The notes under the pieces are model-generated. The model was not told the origin of the DNA and ran no database searches. It was given only the letters and a program-made list of their open reading frames with translations. Both the position numbers and the translations under genes were made by a program. A stretch of 32,000 nucleotides of DNA from Alkalilimnicola ehrlichii MLHE-1 (GTDB lineage: Bacteria; Pseudomonadota; Gammaproteobacteria; Nitrococcales; Halorhodospiraceae), in NCBI RefSeq assembly GCF_000014785.1, contig NC_008340.1, positions 1,200,001 through 1,232,000 on the forward strand. The letters are read 5' to 3'. Shown piece by piece: positions 18,945 to 26,001 of the stretch. Within the stretch, counting starts at the first letter, position 1. Each line of letters opens with the position of its first letter.

Positions 18945-21900
18945 ATGGCGATTCACCTGCACTTCGTCGGCCGCGAGGTCGAGTCGGACGATCCGGATGC
19001 CGCGGTCTTCGAGGTGGGCTCGCCCTCCCGGAGCTACGATCTCAGTTGGGTCCGCAGGGACGTCGAATGCGACGCCACTGCGCTGATCGAGATAGAGGAT
19101 GACGACGAGTGCATCCTCTGGACCACGGCGGAAGATCTGGCCGAGGACGAGGCCGCCCGCCGGGGGCACCTGCGCGGAGAGGGCGACGCCGATATTGCGC
19201 TGGATGCATTGCTGGCGGGCGCGTCCACGAGCTCGCGGGGCGTGCTGCGCCGGTTTGGCCGGGTGGTCCTGCGGATCTTCGGGCGCCGGGTCGCCGACGA
19301 ATTTGCCGGCAGGTCCGCCAAGGCCATCGCCGAGTACTGGGAGGGCCAGGTCACACCGGGCCACGGGCTGTACCGCTGCGACCGCCCCGAGGGCCCGGAC
19401 GCCGTCGACGAGGCGCAACGTGTGCGCCAGGGCGAGGGCCTGCCCGGTGACGGGCCACTGCTGCTGCTCCTCCACGGCACGGCGTCCAGTATCGCGGGCA
19501 GTTTCTCCAAGCTCGGTGGGTCCCCCAGAGGTGATGAGCCCACCGTATGGGCCACGCTACAGGCCCATTACCGGGCACCGGACGGCCGCTCGCGCATCTG
19601 CGCCTTCCAGCACCCCACCCTCAGCGCCAGTCCCATCGACAATGCCCTGCAGTTGGTTGACGACCTGCCCCGGGGGGCTGAACTCCACCTGGTCACCCAC
19701 TCCCGTGGCGGGTTGATCGGCGATCTGCTCTGCCTTGCCGGGCAGGATCCGTCTGCGCTCCGGGGTGGCCTGGAGCAGCAGTACCGGCGCGACGAGCAGT
19801 GGCTGGCGGCCACCGGTCGTGATCTGGACGATCCCGGGATCGCTGCCCTCGCGGAACAGGACCGGGCCGACCGGGAGGCGCTGCTGCAACTGCTGGAACG
19901 GCTCCGGGACAAAGGGATCCGGGTGCTCCGCTACGTGCGGGTGGCCTGCCCGGCGGCCGGCACCTCTTTGGCCTCCGAGCGCCTGGACCGACTGCTGAGC
20001 CTGCTGGGCAACCTCATCCGGTTGCTGCCGCCGGCCAACGGGCCCTTCTTCAACGGCGTGATCCGGCCGATGATCCGGGCCCTGGTCGCGCAGCGATTCA
20101 GCCCGGACCGGTTGCCGGGGCTTGAGGCGATGCTGCCCCACGGGCCCTTGGTGCGCTGGCTGAACCTGGCGGCCCCCGAGGCGGATGCCGAGCTGGCGGT
20201 GATCGCCGGCGACGCCGAGGGCAGCGGGTTGATCCGCCGGCTGGGGGTGCTGTTGCTGGACCGGCTGATCTTTCCCGGCCGGCACGATCTGGTGGTGGAC
20301 ACCCGCTCCATGTACGAAGGCCTGCGGCGCCGGCAAGGGGTGTGGCAATACTTCCAGAGCCGGCCCGACATCTCCCACTTCAACTATTTCGACAACCCTG
20401 ACTCACAGCGGGCGCTGGTCGGTTGGCTGCTGGAGACCGACGACCGGGCGCTGTTCCGAAGCCGCGATGCCGAGGCACCCTCCCTGGCGGCCGAGACCTT
20501 CAGCGGTGTGCTGGGCGTGAGCCGGGGTGACCCCCACCGGCCGCTGCTCTTCCTGCTCCCGGGGATCATGGGCTCGCAACTGAGGGCGCGGGAAACCCGC
20601 ATCTGGATGGTCCGCCGGCAGATCCTGCTGGGCCGCATCACCCGGCTGGCCTACGGCCGCAGTGGGGTGGAGACCGATGGGGTCTTCAGTCGGTATTACC
20701 AGCCGCTGGCCGAGTATCTGGCCGAGACCCATGAGGTGCATGTCTTCCCCTACGACTGGCGGCTCTCCATCGACGACGCGGCCCGGCGCCTGGCCGCAGA
20801 GGTGCGCCGGGCCCGCGGGAGCGGGGGGCGCCCGGTGCGGTTCGTGGCCCACTCCATGGGCGGGTTGGTGACCCGGGCCATGATGGCCAGCGACCCGACC
20901 TTGTGGGCGGAGATCTCGGAGCAGCCGGGCTCGCGGCTGCTGATGCTGGGCACGCCGAACCGCGGTTCGTTTGCCATCGTCGAGGCACTCCTCGGGCACG
21001 ACCGGCTGGTGCGAATGCTGGCGCTGCTGGATCTGCCGAACAGCCTGAACCGGATCCTCGGCCTTTTGGCCGAGTACCCGGGGGTCATGGATCTGCTGCC
21101 CCAGGACGGCGAACTGGACCTCTACGACGTGGCCACCTGGAGCCGCCTGACCCACCACAACGGCCGCTTCGGGCACGTGCCCGAAGCAGAGCGGTTGAGG
21201 GGTGCGCGGCTGCGCCGCGACCGGCTGCCGGCGCGGGTCTCGGGGAATGACCCCATCGTCTACGTGGCCGGTCAGGCGCCGCTGACGCCGGCCGGTATCC
21301 GTATGGACGGCAGCGGCGACGGCCGGCTGCGCTTTGTCGGGACCACCGAGGGGGATGGCCGGGTCACCCACGCCGCCGGCGAGTTGCCGGGGGTGCCGCG
21401 TTGGTTCTGCGACGCGGTGCACGGCGATCTCCCCGCCACCCGCTCAGCCTTCCCCGCCTATCTCGACCTGCTGGAGACCGGGCGGACAGACCGTTTGCCC
21501 ACGGAACCGCTCAGCCGCCGGCGTGGCCTGGGGGCAAGGGAGTTCCTCTACGACCCTTCGCCGGCCACCCAGCCGGATGAGGCGACACTGATCGCGGAGG
21601 CCCTGGGGGCCTCCGGGGACGCAGACGAGGAGGCGGGCCGCCCCGGCCTGACGGTCTCGCTGGTATATGCCGATCTGGCCCAGGCGCGCCACCCGGTGCT
21701 CTGCGGGCATGCCGTGGGCGATGTGATCTCCGGGGCCGAGGCGGCCCTAGACGAGGCCCTGGGCGGGGCACTGTCCCGGCGCTACCAACTGGACCGCATC
21801 CCGGGCCGGGTCGGCAGCACGGCGGTGATTCTGCCCGACGGATCGCAGCGCTCGCCGGTGCCCGGCGCCGTGGTGATGGGCCTCGGTGAGCTGGGCGAGC

Positions 21901-23327
21901 TCAGCGCCAACGTGATCGCCGAGGCCAGCTACGCCGCCTGCCTGGACTATCTGTTGGCGGTGGCCAGCCCGAGCGACGGCGCCTGGGTCGGGCTCAGCGC
22001 GATCCTGGTGGGCGGCAATAGCCCGGCCGCCCTGCACGAGGCGGATATCATTCGATCGATCATCCAGGGCGTGGTCCGGGCCAACCGCGCCATGGTCGAG
22101 CAGGCGAATGGCACCGGTGTGGCGATCACGGAGTTGGAGATCCTGGAGCACGACGGCCTTCGTTTCCAGGAGGCCTGCCAGTTCCTGCGCGCCGATACCG
22201 GCCAACTCAGCGAGGAGCTGGGCACGGACCTCGTGCTGCGCCGGGAGGAAAGGCATCCCGAGCCGCGGGTGGAGACCGGCAGCCTGGCAGCGCGGCGGGC
22301 GACCCGCCGTTGGCGCCGGCTGATCGTCACCGAGCAGGAGCGGCCCCCGCTGTTGAACTACGAACTGCTGGGCCTGCGTGCGCGAATCCCCGGTCGGGCG
22401 GTGGACTTCGATCCGGTCACGGTGGCGCGGCTACTGGCGGAGGCCATGAGCGATCCGCGCTTCGACCGCGAGACCGCCAATGCCCTCTACCATCTGCTGA
22501 TCCCCAACCACCTGGGCGATCAGATCGATCATTTCGATGCCCTGATGCTGATCGTGGACGAGCGGACCGCGCGCCTGCCCTTCGAGATGCTGAGCAACAA
22601 CCGCCGCCCCGGGGCGCGGCCCTGGGCGGTGCGCCAGGCCATGGTGCGCCAGTTCCGGACGCCCGAGTTCCGTCAGACCCTGAAGCCGGTGCGGGCGCAG
22701 AGCGCGCTGGTCCTGGGTGACCCGGTCACCCCCTTGCCGGAGTTGCCCGGCGCCCGGGCGGAGGCGCAGGCCGTGGCCACCGCGCTGCTGGGCCAGGGCT
22801 ACGATGTGCGGCTTCTGTTACAGCCGCGCGGGGCCGATGTGCTGCGTGCGCTGTTCGCCAAGCCCTGGCGGATACTGCATGTGGCCGGGCACGGCATCCA
22901 CGAGGCCCACGGGGAGGCCCCCGGGGCGTTGCGCAACGGCATCCTGCTGGACGACGGCGCCCTGCTGGGCCGCCCGCAGATCAGCGAGCTGCCGGAGACC
23001 CCGGACTTCGTGTTCCTGAACTGTTGCCACCTGGGTCGCATGGTCCAGCTCACCGCAGAGCAGCGGGTACGGTTTCAGCACTTCGCCGGTACCATCGCCC
23101 GCAGCTTCATCAACATCGGCGTGCGCGGCCTGGTGGTCGGGGGCTGGGAGGTCAACGACCGGGCCGCCCAGCGCTTCGCGGAGGTCTTCTACCAGGCCCT
23201 GCTCAACGGCGAAGCATTGGGCCTGGCCGTGTTGCGTGCCCGCGCGGCCTGCTGGGCTCAGTTTCCCGATTACAACACCTGGGGGGCCTACCAGTGCTAC
23301 GGGGACCCGGACCTGCGGCTGGTGTGA
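18945..23327 (+). CDS. Multidomain protein: two alpha/beta-hydrolase (LCAT/PGAP1-like) domains plus C-terminal CHAT domain
   Basis: 1,460 aa, preceded by the RBS-like 'AGGGAGAAG'. Hydrolase 1: 'LLLLLHGTASS...HLVTHSRGGL' with later 'HDLVVDTRSM...SHFNYF'. Hydrolase 2: 'LLFLLPGIMGSQL...VRFVAHSMGGLVTRAM...LLMLGTPNRGS...GDGRVTHAAG...VHG'. CHAT: 'RILHVAGHG', 'FVFLNCCHLGR', 'GVRGLVVGGWEVNDRAAQRFAEVFYQALLNG', 'YGDPDLRL'. No signal peptide. Confidence 0.88.
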   Translation: MAIHLHFVGREVESDDPDAAVFEVGSPSRSYDLSWVRRDVECDATALIEIEDDDECILWTTAEDLAEDEAARRGHLRGEGDADIALDALLAGASTSSRGVLRRFGRVVLRIFGRRVADEFAGRSAKAIAEYWEGQVTPGHGLYRCDRPEGPDAVDEAQRVRQGEGLPGDGPLLLLLHGTASSIAGSFSKLGGSPRGDEPTVWATLQAHYRAPDGRSRICAFQHPTLSASPIDNALQLVDDLPRGAELHLVTHSRGGLIGDLLCLAGQDPSALRGGLEQQYRRDEQWLAATGRDLDDPGIAALAEQDRADREALLQLLERLRDKGIRVLRYVRVACPAAGTSLASERLDRLLSLLGNLIRLLPPANGPFFNGVIRPMIRALVAQRFSPDRLPGLEAMLPHGPLVRWLNLAAPEADAELAVIAGDAEGSGLIRRLGVLLLDRLIFPGRHDLVVDTRSMYEGLRRRQGVWQYFQSRPDISHFNYFDNPDSQRALVGWLLETDDRALFRSRDAEAPSLAAETFSGVLGVSRGDPHRPLLFLLPGIMGSQLRARETRIWMVRRQILLGRITRLAYGRSGVETDGVFSRYYQPLAEYLAETHEVHVFPYDWRLSIDDAARRLAAEVRRARGSGGRPVRFVAHSMGGLVTRAMMASDPTLWAEISEQPGSRLLMLGTPNRGSFAIVEALLGHDRLVRMLALLDLPNSLNRILGLLAEYPGVMDLLPQDGELDLYDVATWSRLTHHNGRFGHVPEAERLRGARLRRDRLPARVSGNDPIVYVAGQAPLTPAGIRMDGSGDGRLRFVGTTEGDGRVTHAAGELPGVPRWFCDAVHGDLPATRSAFPAYLDLLETGRTDRLPTEPLSRRRGLGAREFLYDPSPATQPDEATLIAEALGASGDADEEAGRPGLTVSLVYADLAQARHPVLCGHAVGDVISGAEAALDEALGGALSRRYQLDRIPGRVGSTAVILPDGSQRSPVPGAVVMGLGELGELSANVIAEASYAACLDYLLAVASPSDGAWVGLSAILVGGNSPAALHEADIIRSIIQGVVRANRAMVEQANGTGVAITELEILEHDGLRFQEACQFLRADTGQLSEELGTDLVLRREERHPEPRVETGSLAARRATRRWRRLIVTEQERPPLLNYELLGLRARIPGRAVDFDPVTVARLLAEAMSDPRFDRETANALYHLLIPNHLGDQIDHFDALMLIVDERTARLPFEMLSNNRRPGARPWAVRQAMVRQFRTPEFRQTLKPVRAQSALVLGDPVTPLPELPGARAEAQAVATALLGQGYDVRLLLQPRGADVLRALFAKPWRILHVAGHGIHEAHGEAPGALRNGILLDDGALLGRPQISELPETPDFVFLNCCHLGRMVQLTAEQRVRFQHFAGTIARSFINIGVRGLVVGGWEVNDRAAQRFAEVFYQALLNGEALGLAVLRARAACWAQFPDYNTWGAYQCYGDPDLRLV

Positions 23328-23368
23328 GGCGGACCGGGCCCGAGGGGGCTGGCGAGCGTACTCGCCGC

Positions 23369-24148
23369 CTAGGGCACGAACACCACCTCACCGCTCTGCG
23401 GGTTGACCAGCGTCAGCCCGAAGTCGGTGGTGCCGCGGGTCACCCGCACGAAGGCCCCGGTATCCAGGCAGACGTGGGACAGGCGCCGGCGGAGGGTGCG
23501 ACCGACGGTGTGGCCGCAATAAGTGGTGGACAGCGATTCACTGCGCTCGGGCAGGGGGCTGCGCAGCCGCCCCATGAGCCGTCGGGACCAGAGCAGCGGC
23601 GTCGGGTCGACGCCGGGCAGGCCGGCGTCGATGTCGGCGTCACTCAGCAGCCCCTGTGGCGCCCCCGGACTCACCAGTTCGGCATGGACCAGTTGAAAGC
23701 GCCCGGCGCCGCTGCCCACCACCAGCACATGGGGCAACTCGGCCTGCATGTGGAGCAGGGGCATCAGCGGGTGGTCCGCGGGGTCGGGATCGAGCAGCAG
23801 GTCCTGCGCCCAGGTGTCGGCGCCGTTGGCCAGCAACAGGTGGGCCGCCTCGATCCTGCGCAGGGACCCGGGCGGTGCCTCCAGCCAGTCCCGGATCATA
23901 TCGTCGTGATTGCCCCGTACGCTGTGGAACCAGGACGCCAGCAGCAGTTCCAGGCAGGCCACCGACTCCGGCCCCCGGTCGGTCAGATCGCCCACGCACA
24001 GCAGACGGTCGCCCCCTTCCGGGTTGAAGTCGACCCGTTGCAACCCCTCATTGAGCAGGGAACGGCAACCGTGCAGGTCACCGACCACCCAGTCCCGGCG
24101 CTGGTGGTTAGGCGGCAACCGCTCAATGATGGTCTGGTGTCGAGCCAT
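23369..24148 (-). CDS. Metallophosphoesterase, PP2A-like serine/threonine phosphatase family (PrpA/PphA/ApaH-like)
   Basis: 259 aa with 'WVVGDLHGC', 'CVGDLTDRGPES', 'VRGNHDDMI' metal-binding motifs and a C-terminal 'CLDTGAFVR' segment. Confidence 0.88.
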   Translation of the reverse strand: MARHQTIIERLPPNHQRRDWVVGDLHGCRSLLNEGLQRVDFNPEGGDRLLCVGDLTDRGPESVACLELLLASWFHSVRGNHDDMIRDWLEAPPGSLRRIEAAHLLLANGADTWAQDLLLDPDPADHPLMPLLHMQAELPHVLVVGSGAGRFQLVHAELVSPGAPQGLLSDADIDAGLPGVDPTPLLWSRRLMGRLRSPLPERSESLSTTYCGHTVGRTLRRRLSHVCLDTGAFVRVTRGTTDFGLTLVNPQSGEVVFVP

Positions 24149-24207
24149 GACAGGTCTTCCGTTGCGTAGTATCAGGCTAGCAGCGGTGGCAGGGAGCTGA
24201 CTCTTTA

Positions 24208-24228
24208 GGTAGTTCCCTCTAGGTAGAG
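24208..24228 (+). promoter_or_regulatory. Tandem TAGGTAG direct repeat in the upstream region of the small exported protein gene
   Basis: TAGGTAG at 24208-24214 and 24222-24228 (14-nt period, 'TAGGTAGTTCCCTCTAGGTAG'), between divergent genes. Confidence 0.3.
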
Positions 24229-24331
24229 AGACGAATTACCGCGCAGGGCCCTTCGGCATAACCTGACAGTGAATTCGGCGGGAGCACAACCGCCGGACCC
24301 GAGACCCAACTCAATGCCTGAGGTGACCATC

Positions 24332-24724
24332 ATGAAGACCTTTGTTATCAAGACTGCGACGGCCCTGACGCTCGGTGCCGGCCTGGCCGTTTCCGGCCTG
24401 GCCGCGGCCGAGAACTGGACCACCCACGTGGGCCAGGTGCGGGCGGATCTCCCCACCCAGTCGATTGCTTCCAGCGGTGTGGGCAGCGGGGAGAACTACC
24501 AGCACTTCGTCGGCCATGTGCGGGCGAACGGCCCCCGTGAACTGAGCCCGGGCGAGGTCCTGGTCAGCGAGAACTACGTGCCTCACATCGAAGCGGTGCG
24601 GAATAAGGCGCGGTTCGACCAGGTGGCTGCGGACGAGCTGCGTGGCAAGCGCGAACAGGCGCAACGGGATACCCGCCACGGGATTCAAAGGCCCATCGGC
24701 GGCGGCCGGGAGGGATTCCGCTGA
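24332..24724 (+). CDS. Small exported protein of unknown function with a duplicated motif
   Basis: ORF track starts at 24269. The better start is ATG 24332, preceded by 'GAGGTG', which gives signal peptide 'MKTFVIKTATALTLGAGLAVSGLAAAENW'. Mature part contains 'ENWTTHVGQVRADLP' and 'ENYQHFVGHVRANGP'. Confidence 0.75.
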   Translation: MKTFVIKTATALTLGAGLAVSGLAAAENWTTHVGQVRADLPTQSIASSGVGSGENYQHFVGHVRANGPRELSPGEVLVSENYVPHIEAVRNKARFDQVAADELRGKREQAQRDTRHGIQRPIGGGREGFR

Positions 24725-24746
24725 AGCCATGGTGTGTGACGGCGAA

Positions 24747-24790
24747 CAGGGCCCCTGGTGAACAAAGGCGTTCCCAGGGCCCTGCCTTTT
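24747..24790 (+). terminator. Probable intrinsic terminator downstream of the small exported protein
   Basis: Stem CAGGGCCC(C)TGG ... CCAGGGCCCTG followed by CCTTTT. Confidence 0.55.
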
Positions 24791-24836
24791 GATCACAAAA
24801 AATGAACATATTTCATCTATTGCCTTGTCCCATCGT

Positions 24837-24861
24837 TTGTCTGACTATATTGGTCAGACAA
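24837..24861 (+). promoter_or_regulatory. Perfect 9-bp inverted repeat, candidate operator upstream of the GGDEF-like gene
   Basis: TTGTCTGAC-TATATTG-GTCAGACAA in a locally AT-rich stretch. The spacer could be a -10 element. Confidence 0.45.
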
Positions 24862-24912
24862 TGACCCGGCGTGCCGTGCCCGCTGGAAGCGTGCCGGTTG
24901 TCCGGATGACTG

Positions 24913-26001
24913 ATGTTCAGAATAAGTAGGCGCCAAGACATGGCGCACGGGAGACTGTGGATGGAGCAGGCAGACCGGAATCAACTGAACGAGGCGGTAA
25001 ACCAAGCCTTTTTGCGCTATCTGGACACCTGGCTGAGGAAGCGTGATGCCGCTGCGTTGCATGACCTCAACGGGCCGCTGGTGCATGGCTTCGGGACCGG
25101 TGCCAACGAGTCGGTCTATGACCCGGACGAGGCCCGCGAGGTCATTGAACGGGATATCAGCCAGGTGCCTGAGCCGTTTGAGTACGCCGTTCGTACGGCC
25201 AAGGTGACGCCGCTGTGCACGGACGTGGCGCTGGTGGCGGCGGATATCGGGATTCGCAACACTATCCTGGCGCAAGGGCAGGAGCTGGCCCTGGACCATC
25301 TGCGCCTTACCCTGGTCTTCCGATACATTGACGGGGCCTGGCGACTGGAGCACCTGCACGGCTCCTTTCCCGCCACCGAGCCTGATGGAGAAGAGGCCTG
25401 GCCGTTGCAAGCGCTTGAGGACCGTGCGGCGGTGCTTCAGCGCAAGGTGTGGGAGCGTTATCGCGCGCAGGAGGCAGCCCGGCAATGCGAGGAGGGGCAG
25501 GCCAGCACCGATGCGCTTACCGGCCTTCCCAATCGCGAGAGGATGGATGAGCTGCTGCACCGGGAGGTGGCGGGCCTGAACGGGCAGTCCGGGGCCCTGG
25601 CGGTGATCCTGATTGACATCGACCATCTCAATCTGGTCAACGAGGGCCTTGGCCAGGAAGCGGGCGATCGGGTGTTGGCCGACGTCGCCAATATCTTGCG
25701 CGATCGGATTCGCGTCACCGATGCGTTGGCGCGGTGGGGCGGGGGGGCATTCCTGTTGGCCTGCCCGATGACGGACGGCCTGGAGGCCGAATACCTGGCG
25801 CGGGCCCTGCGACGGGCCGTGGCGGAGACGGATTTCGGGTTGGGTTTCCCGTTGACGGCGAGTTTTGGGGTTACCGCCCTGCAAGCGGGGGATACCGTGC
25901 CGGGGCTGATTCGGCGGGCTGAGCGTGGCCTGCGCCAGGCCAAAGAGGCGGGGCGGGATACGGTGCAGGTGGTTTGTCGGGAGGAGATCGTGCCGGGCTA
26001 G
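24913..26001 (+). CDS. GGDEF-domain protein with degenerate active site and an N-terminal SnoaL/NTF2-like domain
   Basis: 'STDALTGLPNRERMDELLHREV...VILIDIDHLNLVNEGLGQEAGDRVLADVANIL...ARWGGGAFLLACP...LTASFGV...AERGLRQAKEAGRDTVQVV'. N-terminal 'LTLVFRYIDGAWRLEHLHGSFP' resembles the SnoaL/NTF2 fold end. True start may be ATG 24940 or ATG 24961 (preceded by GGGAGA). Confidence 0.85.
   Translation: MFRISRRQDMAHGRLWMEQADRNQLNEAVNQAFLRYLDTWLRKRDAAALHDLNGPLVHGFGTGANESVYDPDEAREVIERDISQVPEPFEYAVRTAKVTPLCTDVALVAADIGIRNTILAQGQELALDHLRLTLVFRYIDGAWRLEHLHGSFPATEPDGEEAWPLQALEDRAAVLQRKVWERYRAQEAARQCEEGQASTDALTGLPNRERMDELLHREVAGLNGQSGALAVILIDIDHLNLVNEGLGQEAGDRVLADVANILRDRIRVTDALARWGGGAFLLACPMTDGLEAEYLARALRRAVAETDFGLGFPLTASFGVTALQAGDTVPGLIRRAERGLRQAKEAGRDTVQVVCREEIVPG

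Noticed and set aside
19557-20378. 273-aa minus-strand ORF inside the CHAT gene
   Set aside because: Antisense to the first hydrolase domain, atypical composition.
23024-24169. 381-aa plus-strand ORF
   Set aside because: Overlaps the CHAT C-terminus in another frame and is antisense to the metallophosphoesterase, both strongly supported.
24817-25884. 355-aa minus-strand ORF antisense to the GGDEF-like gene
   Set aside because: The plus strand carries GGDEF-family motifs; the minus reading has none.
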